From an uncultured Gammaproteobacteria bacterium (GTDB lineage Bacteria > Pseudomonadota > Gammaproteobacteria > Natronospirales > REEB76), in the NCBI GenBank assembly GCA_964584665.1, contig CAZPAO010000011.1, positions 1,132 through 65,131 on the forward strand: 64,000 bases of DNA, given 5' to 3'. The notes beneath the pieces were generated by a model. It was not told the origin of the DNA and ran no database searches. It saw only the letters and a list, made by a program, of their open reading frames with translations. Below are positions 1 through 8,041 of the stretch, piece after piece. The position numbers were made by a program, and so were the translations under genes. Position 1 is the stretch's first letter; the number at the start of each line of letters is the position of its first letter.

Positions 1-1
1 G

Positions 2-502
2 AACGCCGGGATCTACGAGCCGGTCAAACTGGATAACTTCAAGGGCGAGACCTTCGCCGCTCACATGCAGGTGAATTTCCTCGGCGTGGTGAACTGCATG
101 GACGCGCTGCTACCTCCGATGCGCGCGCGCAAGTCCGGCCACATGGTGCTGGTGGCGAGCGTGGCGGGTTACCGGGGCCTGCCGCTGGCGGCGGCCTACG
201 GCCCCACCAAGGCGGCGCTCATCAACCTCGCAGAATCCATGAAGGGTATGTTCGAGCGCGCGGGCCTCACTCTCTCGATCTGCAATCCCGGCTTCGTAGA
301 GACGCCTCTCACGGAGGGCAACGTCTTCCCCATGCCCTTCCTGATGACGGTGGACGATGCCGCCGAGGCGCTCTACCGGGGCATCAAGCGTCGCAAGTTC
401 GAGATCGCCTTCCCCACCCGCTTCGTGCTCATCCTCAAGGTCTTGCGGGCCCTGCCCTATGCCCTCTACTTCCCGCTCATCAAGCGCATGACCGGCCGCT
501 AA
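2..502 (+). CDS. short-chain dehydrogenase/reductase (SDR), 5' end outside window
   Basis: Frame is open from the window edge (NAGIYEPVKLDNF..). SDR active-site stretch SVAGYRGLPLAAAYGPTKAAL (Ser, YxxxK) and NPGFVETP. Confidence 0.85.
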   Translation, partial: NAGIYEPVKLDNFKGETFAAHMQVNFLGVVNCMDALLPPMRARKSGHMVLVASVAGYRGLPLAAAYGPTKAALINLAESMKGMFERAGLTLSICNPGFVETPLTEGNVFPMPFLMTVDDAAEALYRGIKRRKFEIAFPTRFVLILKVLRALPYALYFPLIKRMTGR

Positions 503-609
503 GTACGGCCATCTGGTCTAAATCGATTCCTGCCGCTGGCACTTCAAAGGTCCGCTGCTGAAGCTCAGGATTACGCCCCCCCGCAAGACCGCCGCCAGGA
601 GATGAACCC

Positions 610-1077
610 ATGTCCGAGCATAAGGAACACCACTACACCGCCACCTGCCGCTGGTCCGGCAGCACCGGCGTGGGCTACGACCACTACGTGCGCGCCCACG
701 AGATGCAGAGCGCGCCGGCCAAGGCCACGTTGCAACTCTCCGGCGATCCCGCCTTCCGTGGCGATGCGAACCTCATCAATCCCGAACAATTGCTGGTGAT
801 GGCCGCGTCATCCTGCCAGCTGCTGTCCTTCCTCGCGGTGGCGGCGCGCAAGCGCCTGGACGTGGTGGAGTATGTGGACCATGCGGAAGGCTTCATGCCG
901 GAAGACGACAAGCCCGTGCGCATCACGCGCATCCTGTTGAAGCCCCGCATCGTGGTGAAAGCCGGAACCAAGGAAGCGGTGCAGAAGGCCGTGGACATCG
1001 GCCATCACGAGTGCTACATCGCCAACAGCGTGAAGACCGATATCCAGATCCAAGCCGAGATCATCATTCAGGCTTGA
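610..1077 (+). CDS. OsmC/Ohr family peroxiredoxin-like protein
   Basis: 155-aa ORF with AGGAGA SD about 7 nt upstream. OsmC-type paired Cys contexts (AASSCQLLSF, GHHECYIANS). Confidence 0.8.
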   Translation: MSEHKEHHYTATCRWSGSTGVGYDHYVRAHEMQSAPAKATLQLSGDPAFRGDANLINPEQLLVMAASSCQLLSFLAVAARKRLDVVEYVDHAEGFMPEDDKPVRITRILLKPRIVVKAGTKEAVQKAVDIGHHECYIANSVKTDIQIQAEIIIQA

Positions 1078-1766
1078 GACGGGCCCTCTAACCAATCGGT
1101 CAGCATCGCGAGGCCCTGCGCCTGCATGGTGGCGGCATGGGCTTCCGCGCTGCGCCGCAACTCGGCCGCCGTCAGGCCCTGCTCGCGGATCTCACCGAGG
1201 TTACCCACGTACCACTGCTCCAGGCCGCGGGCCGTCACTTCCGGATGGAACTGCAGCGCCAGCGCCTGGCCCCAGGTGAAACCCTGGCAGGGTGTGAGAT
1301 CGGTGGACGCGAGACTCAAGGCACCAGCCGGCAGATCAAACCGGTCCGCGTGCCAATGCAGCACCGGCCCGGTGAGGTGGCGGATCACGGATTTCTGTCC
1401 CGCCTCGGTGAACGTGAGCGGCTTCCAGCCGAGTTCCATGCGCGTGCCCCGGCGCACTTCCGCACCCAGGGCCTTCGCCACGAACTGGCTGCCGAGGCAG
1501 ATTCCCAGGATCGGGGTGCTCGCCTTGAGCCGTGCCTCGATGAACTTCAGCTCCGACGTCATGAAGGGATAGTCGCCCATGTCACCGACACCGATGGGGC
1601 CGCCCAACACTACCAGGAGGTCCCACTGCCGCTTCCCGATAGCAGCGAAGTCGGCCGTGGGTGCATCCACATAACGTATGGAATATCCCGCCTGGGCCAG
1701 CGGCAGGGCGAAGGAGCCCAGGTCCTCGAAGGGGACATGGCGGATGGCGAGGAGGTCTTTCACCAA
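1068..1766 (-). CDS. class-I glutamine amidotransferase domain protein (GATase1, GuaA-like)
   Basis: Nucleophile elbow ILGICLGSQ and LQFHPEV His/Glu motif. TTG/GTG start 6 nt after the upstream stop. 3' end overlaps the OsmC 3' end by 10 nt (convergent). Confidence 0.8.
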   Translation of the reverse strand: MVKDLLAIRHVPFEDLGSFALPLAQAGYSIRYVDAPTADFAAIGKRQWDLLVVLGGPIGVGDMGDYPFMTSELKFIEARLKASTPILGICLGSQFVAKALGAEVRRGTRMELGWKPLTFTEAGQKSVIRHLTGPVLHWHADRFDLPAGALSLASTDLTPCQGFTWGQALALQFHPEVTARGLEQWYVGNLGEIREQGLTAAELRRSAEAHAATMQAQGLAMLTDWLEGPSQA

Positions 1767-1772
1767 CCCATT

Positions 1773-2324
1773 CTACGGGTTGCTGGGCGCCTTCTGGAAG
1801 AACGTGATCACGTCGAAGGCGTGGAAGCCCCACTTGCTGCCGGTGGAGCGGTTGATGATGCCCCCGTCGGACTGCAGGAAGAACCAGTCATCCACCGGGA
1901 ACTGCCAGACGCTACCGGAGCCGGTGGTCTCCTCCAGCACGTATTGGAGATGCAGGGCATCGCCGTATTGCTCGCCCTTCGCTTCGCCGACGATGCCGTT
2001 GGCGATGGCGGACACATGGTGTGCGTCGGCGCGATGCACCCGCCAGTCGCGCAGCTTCTGCTTACCATCGGACTGGTCCAGCACCTCGTGTATCGCCAGG
2101 TCCCCATCCGGCAGCAACTGCCCGTGCATCGTGAGGGTGAAATGCTGGATGACCTTGCCGGAGCGGTCCTGCACGATGCCCCAGGCGTGCACATCGCCCC
2201 GGAAATAATCGAGCATATCCAGGTTCGGGCGGGCGTCAGCATAGTCCGATGTGTGGACCGAAGAGCAGGCCGACAACAGGAGTGCTGTCGCGATAACGAG
2301 CCCCGCTGCGGTGCTCCACTTCAT
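1773..2324 (-). CDS. DUF3833-like lipoprotein
   Basis: Signal peptide plus lipobox (ATALLLSAC). ATG 2324 overlaps the upstream stop (ATGA). The ORF-track 5' extension was rejected. Family name from memory. Confidence 0.65.
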   Translation of the reverse strand: MKWSTAAGLVIATALLLSACSSVHTSDYADARPNLDMLDYFRGDVHAWGIVQDRSGKVIQHFTLTMHGQLLPDGDLAIHEVLDQSDGKQKLRDWRVHRADAHHVSAIANGIVGEAKGEQYGDALHLQYVLEETTGSGSVWQFPVDDWFFLQSDGGIINRSTGSKWGFHAFDVITFFQKAPSNP

Positions 2325-3535
2325 GGGCGCACCAGCACGGTCTGCATGAGATCCACGTGGCTGGTGGCGAAGCCGGCCTGGCAGTAGGCCAGGTAGTAAT
2401 GCCACATGCGCAGGAAGCGCGAGTCAAACCCGAGCCCGCGGATCGCGGGTTCCGTCTCCTGCACCTTGCGGTCCCAGGCCCTGAGCGTGCGTGCGTAGTC
2501 CTGGCCGTGGAAGTCCCGCTCCTCGGTCTTCAGGCCCGCCTGCTCCACGCAGCGCTCCCAGGCTGAGACGGATGGCAGTATGCCGCCCGGGAAGATGTAC
2601 TTCTGGATGAAGTCCACGGTGTGGCGGTAGTGCTCGAAACTGTGGTCGTTCATGGTGATGATCTGGAAGGCCGCGCGGCCACCGGGCTTCAGCCGGTCAT
2701 GGACCGCCTGGAAATAAGCATCCCAGTAGTGCTGCCCCACCGCCTCGAACATCTCGATGGAGACGATGCGGTCGAACTCCCCCTGCACGTCCCGGTAGTC
2801 GATGAGCTGGAACTCCACCCGGTCCGCGAGGCCGGCGGTCTCCGCGCGGGCGCGGGCTTCCTTCAACTGCTCCTCGGAGAGGGTGATGCTCGTGACGCGG
2901 CAGCCGGTGGTCGCGGCGGCATAGAGGGCGAAACCGCCCCAGCCGGAGCCGATCTCCAGCAGGTGGTGTCCGGCCCGGAGGTCGAGCTTCCGGATGAGCC
3001 GGCGATACTTGTTGTGCTGGGCATCCACCAGCGGCTGCTCCGGGTTCTCGTAGACCGCGCTCGAATAGGTGAGGGTCTCGTCCAGCCACAGCTTGTAGAA
3101 ATCGTTGCCGAGATCATAGTGGTACTGGATATTGCGGCGCGCGCCCTTGCGGGTATTGCGGCGCAGTGCATGCACCAGGGAATCGAACATGCGCCGCAGG
3201 CGGCTGGGCGTCCCCACCGAGAAGGACTGCAGGTTGAGCAGCCCGAGTTCGAGGAACGCCATCAGGTCCGGCGTCTCCCATTGGCCGTCCATATAGGCTT
3301 CCGCGAGCCCGAGGTCGCCACCGAACAGCGTGCGACGCACCGCCGCGGCATCGCGGATGACGATGGTGCCTTCCGGCCCGGGCTTGGAACCCCGGAAATG
3401 GAAGGCCTGGCCGTTGGGCGCCACGAGCTTCAGATGCCCGAGGCGGATGCGTGAGAGCAGCTTCAGCAGGAGCCGTATCGGCAGCGGCTGGCCCTCGGCG
3501 TGGAGGGCAAGCATGCGTTGGGTGGTGGTATTCAT
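2321..3535 (-). CDS. cyclopropane-fatty-acyl-phospholipid synthase family SAM methyltransferase
   Basis: SAM motif LLEIGSGWGGFALYAA. Full-length CFA-synthase-like sequence (YSSAVY.., HYYLAYCQAGF). ATG 3535 overlaps the upstream stop (ATGA). Confidence 0.9.
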   Translation of the reverse strand: MNTTTQRMLALHAEGQPLPIRLLLKLLSRIRLGHLKLVAPNGQAFHFRGSKPGPEGTIVIRDAAAVRRTLFGGDLGLAEAYMDGQWETPDLMAFLELGLLNLQSFSVGTPSRLRRMFDSLVHALRRNTRKGARRNIQYHYDLGNDFYKLWLDETLTYSSAVYENPEQPLVDAQHNKYRRLIRKLDLRAGHHLLEIGSGWGGFALYAAATTGCRVTSITLSEEQLKEARARAETAGLADRVEFQLIDYRDVQGEFDRIVSIEMFEAVGQHYWDAYFQAVHDRLKPGGRAAFQIITMNDHSFEHYRHTVDFIQKYIFPGGILPSVSAWERCVEQAGLKTEERDFHGQDYARTLRAWDRKVQETEPAIRGLGFDSRFLRMWHYYLAYCQAGFATSHVDLMQTVLVRP

Positions 3536-4308
3536 GTCTCGATGCTCTTTTCCTGGTCGTAGCGGCCGCGGGGCGGCATGCGGTGGAACCGGCCGCCGCG
3601 CAGCCAGATCTTCAGGGCCTGCCAATGGATCGCTGCCATGACCTTGAAGGGCATGAGAGGCAGGCGCAGTGACTCCAACAGGAGCCGGGCATCCGTGAGC
3701 GGCACACGCTTATAAGCCATGGAGGCATTAAACATATCCGCGCCGCCGACGCTCTCGACGATGCTCACATGCAGCCGTTCAGCCGGTTCCTGGAACCTGA
3801 ATCGATACTCCGCCTGCGGAGGGATGAAAGGTGAGACGTGGAACACCTTTCGCGCACTATATTCACCGTGCCAGTCCATGGGCCCGCCCCGTGAGGGCGC
3901 CAATATGTAGTGGTGCATCTCGCCGAAGGTATTGCGCACCTCACAGACCACGGCCCGCAGGCTGCCGTCCCGATGCTGGCAGTACCAGACGCTCAAGGGA
4001 TTGAAGACATAACCCAGCAAGCGGGGGAATGCGAGCAGGAGGACCCTTCCACCCTCCAGCTCTATCCCCCGGGTCCGCAACAGCGCTTCCAGCCAGGGAC
4101 GCAGTGGCTTGCCATCGCGGCCGCCATGGTCCGAGTCATGGAAACTGAAGAGGTTGAAACGGTTGTGGGAGAACAGCCGCAAGCGCTTGGATAGGGCCGG
4201 CAACTCATCTATGTCCAACAGCAGGCCGAACACCTTATATACGAAGCGGTAGTCCAGCCGGTCTCGCCGCCGGTGCATCACCGTCCCTACATAGAGCGCG
4301 CTGTTCAC
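3532..4308 (-). CDS. DUF1365 family protein
   Basis: N-terminus SALYVGTVMHRRR.. is typical of DUF1365 and is always seen beside CFA-like genes. GTG 4308 overlaps the upstream stop (GTGA). Confidence 0.75.
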   Translation of the reverse strand: MNSALYVGTVMHRRRDRLDYRFVYKVFGLLLDIDELPALSKRLRLFSHNRFNLFSFHDSDHGGRDGKPLRPWLEALLRTRGIELEGGRVLLLAFPRLLGYVFNPLSVWYCQHRDGSLRAVVCEVRNTFGEMHHYILAPSRGGPMDWHGEYSARKVFHVSPFIPPQAEYRFRFQEPAERLHVSIVESVGGADMFNASMAYKRVPLTDARLLLESLRLPLMPFKVMAAIHWQALKIWLRGGRFHRMPPRGRYDQEKSIET

Positions 4309-5621
4309 GCTTCCAGCGCCCGGCCCCAGGCCGGCTCTGTGCTGCGTTGGTCCACGGCGGCCCCGGGCGTCAACCAAGGAATCCGATGGCCGAGTCGCTG
4401 CACCACCTGCACCGCCGAGCGCAGTCCGTCCTCATGGAAACCGTAGCCGCACCAGGCACCGCAGAACCACAGGCCGCCGGCGCCCTGGATCTCGCCGAGG
4501 CGCTCCTGGGCGTGCATCGCTTCCTGGGTGAAGACCGGGTGTGCGTAGACGGTCTCGTACACGACGCTAGCGGGATCCGGTTCCCGTAGCGGGTTCAGGG
4601 TCACGAAATAATCCTGCTCCGTATCCAGTGATTGGAGACGGTTCATCCAATAACTCACCGATACCCGGGCACGCCCGTCCACCACTTCGTCGCTGAGGTA
4701 GTTCCAAGAAGCCCATACTGAACGACGCTTGGGCATGAGCGCCTTGTCGGTGTGCAGCACCGCGCGATTGTCCTGGTAGCTGAAGGCGCCGAGCAGACGG
4801 CGTTCGGCGGGCGTAGCGCCAGCCAGGAGTTTCAGCGCCTGGTCCGCATGCACCGCCACCACCACCTGGTCATAGCGTTCGGCCCTGCCTGCCGCATCCC
4901 ACACCGTCACGCCGACATCGGAGCGGCGCACCGCCGTCACCGGCGTGCCGAGCCTGAGGCGCGGCCCCAGGGCTGCGGTAAGCTTCTTCACGTACTGATG
5001 GCTGCCACCGGTGACGGTGCGCCACTGGGGCCGTTCCACCAGGTTCAGGAGGCCGTGGTTCTCGAAGAACTTGAGGAAACTCGCCGCCGGGAACTTGAGC
5101 ATGGCGCCCACCGGGCAGGACCAGATGGCCGCCGCCATGGGGAGCAGATAGCGGCGCGAGAGTTCGTCGCCGTAGCGGCCTTCACGGATGAAATCACCGA
5201 GCGTCAACTCCGGCGCGATGCCGGCACCGAGAGCGCGCTTCGCGTCACGGTTGAAGCGCGCGATGTCCAGCAGCATGCGCCAGTGGGCGCGGTCGAAGAG
5301 GTTCCAGCGTTGCGCGAACAGCGTGTTCAGGTTGTCGCCGGCGTACTCTACGCGGCCGCCGCCGATGGAGGCGGCGAAGGACATCTCGCTGGGCTGGCTC
5401 GCGACATCGAGATGGCGGAACAGGGCCGAGATGTGCGGATAGTTGCGTTCGTTGAAGACGATGAAGCCCGTGTCCACTGCCGGGCCTCCCGGTACCTGGA
5501 CGGTGTTGGTATGGCCGCCGGGGCGGCTATCCTGCTCGTAGACGGTAATGTCGGCATGGTCCCGCAACAGCCACGCTGCCGAGAGGCCTGCGATACCGGT
5601 GCCGATGACGGCGATCTTCAT
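4305..5621 (-). CDS. FAD/NAD(P)-binding oxidoreductase (amine-oxidase / phytoene-desaturase-like)
   Basis: Rossmann motif KIAVIGTGIAGLSAAWLL..YEQDSRPGGH at the N-terminus. 438 aa. GGGGAAGGA SD. Confidence 0.85.
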   Translation of the reverse strand: MKIAVIGTGIAGLSAAWLLRDHADITVYEQDSRPGGHTNTVQVPGGPAVDTGFIVFNERNYPHISALFRHLDVASQPSEMSFAASIGGGRVEYAGDNLNTLFAQRWNLFDRAHWRMLLDIARFNRDAKRALGAGIAPELTLGDFIREGRYGDELSRRYLLPMAAAIWSCPVGAMLKFPAASFLKFFENHGLLNLVERPQWRTVTGGSHQYVKKLTAALGPRLRLGTPVTAVRRSDVGVTVWDAAGRAERYDQVVVAVHADQALKLLAGATPAERRLLGAFSYQDNRAVLHTDKALMPKRRSVWASWNYLSDEVVDGRARVSVSYWMNRLQSLDTEQDYFVTLNPLREPDPASVVYETVYAHPVFTQEAMHAQERLGEIQGAGGLWFCGAWCGYGFHEDGLRSAVQVVQRLGHRIPWLTPGAAVDQRSTEPAWGRALEA

Positions 5622-5803
5622 GTCCTTCCCCTGTTAAATCTAAGTATCTGTTAATATTGAGGTTTATCGTCGGCCACCCCTGCCATGAGGCCGACATACG
5701 GCAGGGATACGCTCGAGTGCCTAAAATGGAGGCAAGGCCCGCCTCCGGCAGCCACCCCTTGGCCGTATCCCCTGACACGGCAGCCCTTACTGCGAGACCG
5801 CCC

Positions 5804-6634
5804 ATGCTTTACCCCGAACTGTTCCGTTCCCTTGAGAAGCTCCGCTGGAGCATGGACAAGGACATCCCCTGGGACCGCTTCGACGCGAGCCTCCTCAGCG
5901 ACGAGCAGGCCCTCACCATCAAGATGAACGCCATCACCGAATGGTCAGCGTTGCCCGCGACCGAGATGTTCCTGCGCGACAACCGCGAGGACTCGGACTT
6001 CTCCGCCTTCATGTCAATCTGGTTCTATGAAGAGCAGAAGCACTCGCTGGTGTTGCAGGAGTACCTGCGCCGGTTCCGTCCGGACATGCTGCCCACTGAG
6101 GAAGAACTGCATGCGGTGCGCTTCGAGTTCGATCCAGCACCGCCGCTTGAGACCCTCATGATGCACTTCTGCGGAGAGATCCGCTTGACCCACTGGTACC
6201 AGTGCGCTTCCCAGTGGCATACCGAGCCAGTCATAAAGTTCATATACGACACGATCGCCCAGGATGAGGCGCGTCACGGCGGCTGTTACCGCCGCTTCAT
6301 GGAGCGCGCCATCGACAAACAGGGCGACACCGCGCGTCTGGCCTTCGCCAAGATGGGCGTGCTGATGGCCAGCATCCGCACCTCCAACGCGCTGCACCCC
6401 ACCAATCTGCACGTCAACAAGAAGCTCTATCCCAAGGACCGGGTGCAGGACCGGGTGCCGGAACCGGGCTGGATGGAGCACTGGCTGAACGACCAGATCC
6501 GTTTCGACCGCGAGTGGCAGGAGAAGGTGATCGCCCGCATCCTGCAGAACCTGTCCTTGATCCTGAAGGTGAAGCTGGACTCGGTGCGGGATCTGTCGAT
6601 CTATCGCAAGCAGCTGGCCGCCGACGCCGCCTGA
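5804..6634 (+). CDS. ferritin-like di-iron carboxylate protein (desaturase/oxygenase-like)
   Basis: Two ExxH motifs (YEEQKH, QDEARH) plus single-Glu helices. Start taken at MLYPELF (5804). Upstream part of the ORF rejected. Confidence 0.65.
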   Translation: MLYPELFRSLEKLRWSMDKDIPWDRFDASLLSDEQALTIKMNAITEWSALPATEMFLRDNREDSDFSAFMSIWFYEEQKHSLVLQEYLRRFRPDMLPTEEELHAVRFEFDPAPPLETLMMHFCGEIRLTHWYQCASQWHTEPVIKFIYDTIAQDEARHGGCYRRFMERAIDKQGDTARLAFAKMGVLMASIRTSNALHPTNLHVNKKLYPKDRVQDRVPEPGWMEHWLNDQIRFDREWQEKVIARILQNLSLILKVKLDSVRDLSIYRKQLAADAA

Positions 6635-6643
6635 GCCCTAGGC

Positions 6644-7069
6644 GTGGACGCTCCCAACAAGCGCTTGTCGGCCGGCGTGGTGGTGGTGCGCGACACCCCC
6701 GAGGGTCGGCGCTATCTGCTGCTGCGGGCCTACAAGCACTGGGATTTCCCCAAAGGCATGGTGGAGGCGGATGAGACGCCTCTCGATGCCGCGCGCCGGG
6801 AAGTGGCGGAGGAGACCGGGATCCACTCCCTGGATTTCGTCTGGGGTGAGGTCTACCGCGAGACAGCGCCCTACGCCCGCGGCAAGGTGGCCCGCTATTA
6901 CCTGGCCCGCACCGGTGAGAGCGAAGTGTCCCTCACGCCCAACCCCCAGACCGGCATCCACGAGCACATGGAATACCGCTGGGTGGACGTCGGGGAGGCC
7001 CTGGCGTTGGTCACGCCTAGGGTGAAGCACATCATCGATTGGGCCCAGGGTTGCATGGGCCACGCCTGA
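6644..7069 (+). CDS. NUDIX hydrolase (Ap4A-hydrolase-like)
   Basis: Nudix box GMVEADETPLDAARREVAEETGI. GTG start 9 nt after the previous stop. Confidence 0.85.
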   Translation: MDAPNKRLSAGVVVVRDTPEGRRYLLLRAYKHWDFPKGMVEADETPLDAARREVAEETGIHSLDFVWGEVYRETAPYARGKVARYYLARTGESEVSLTPNPQTGIHEHMEYRWVDVGEALALVTPRVKHIIDWAQGCMGHA

Positions 7070-7076
7070 GACGATC

Positions 7077-7098
7077 AAAACCGCTTTGAGGCGGTTTT
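7077..7098. terminator. bidirectional rho-independent terminator
   Basis: AAAACCGC-tttgag-GCGGTTTT hairpin between convergent genes, with A/T runs on both sides. Confidence 0.6.
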
Positions 7099-8041
7099 AG
7101 GCGCCGGTCTTGATCACCACCAACAATGCGACGCTGCTTATGAAGAGCCACAGGCACAGCCCCTGCAGGAGCGGCTTGTAGCCCACCTGGCGTATCGCCG
7201 CGCGCGAGAGGCTGGCGCCGATGCAGAAGAGCGTCACGGCGAAACCGATCTTGGCGAGGCGTGCCAGGTCCTGATCCCAGGGCCGCACCGCCGGCAGGAA
7301 ACTCGCGATGGCCGAGGCCAGCAGGAAGCCGAGGACGAACCAGGGCAGCGGCGGACGCTTCCTGCCCTCCCCCGCCGGGCGCGGGAACAACGCCGCGGCC
7401 GCGAACGTCACCGGTACGATCCACAGCACCCGCGACAGCTTCACGATGGCGGCGGTCCTCAGGGCTTCGTCGCCGTAGGCCGCGCCCGCACCCACCACCG
7501 AGGACACATCATGGATGGCGATGCCGGCCCAGGTGCCGAACTGCAACTGGTCGAGGCCGAGGACATGACCCAGCGGCGGGAAGAGATAAAGCGCCACCGC
7601 ATTCAGCAGGAACACCGTGCCCATGGCCACGGACATCTCGTTGCGGTCCGCATCCACGGCACTGCCCACTGCCGCGATGGCCGAGCCGCCGCAGATGGCG
7701 GTGCCGGCGGAGATCAACAGCGAGGTCTTGCGGTCGATGTCGAAGAGCCGCGCGAGGCCGTAGCCCAGGGCGAAGGTGCAGCCGATGGTGAACGCGGCGA
7801 AGAGCAGGCCGTGACTGCCTACCCGCAGCACCGACCCCAGGTCCACGCCGAAACCCAGCAGGACCACGCTGCCCTGCAGGAGCCAGCGCACGTACTGCGT
7901 GCCGGTATCCCGGTAGGGGTTGTCGGAGAGCAGCGCAAACACGAGGCCAAGGGCGAGCGCGATGCCGGGCGAAGCCCATGGCGTCAAGCAGAAGACGACA
8001 CCTGCGGCATAGACGCCGAGGGCCAGGGGCTTCTGCATCAT
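7097..8041 (-). CDS. yeiH: YeiH/UPF0324 family membrane protein (putative sulfate exporter family)
   Basis: 314-aa polytopic protein. MMQKPLALGVYAAG.. start overlaps the upstream stop (ATGA). Motifs SAGTAICGGSAIAA and IVKLSRVLWIVP. The 459-aa ORF extension was rejected. Confidence 0.8.
   Translation of the reverse strand: MMQKPLALGVYAAGVVFCLTPWASPGIALALGLVFALLSDNPYRDTGTQYVRWLLQGSVVLLGFGVDLGSVLRVGSHGLLFAAFTIGCTFALGYGLARLFDIDRKTSLLISAGTAICGGSAIAAVGSAVDADRNEMSVAMGTVFLLNAVALYLFPPLGHVLGLDQLQFGTWAGIAIHDVSSVVGAGAAYGDEALRTAAIVKLSRVLWIVPVTFAAAALFPRPAGEGRKRPPLPWFVLGFLLASAIASFLPAVRPWDQDLARLAKIGFAVTLFCIGASLSRAAIRQVGYKPLLQGLCLWLFISSVALLVVIKTGA

Noticed and set aside
537-551. TGGCAC at 537-542, upstream of the OsmC gene, as a possible sigma54 -24 element.
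   Set aside because: The -12 position reads AGGT rather than TTGC (TGGCACttcaaAGGT), so it is not a sigma54 promoter.
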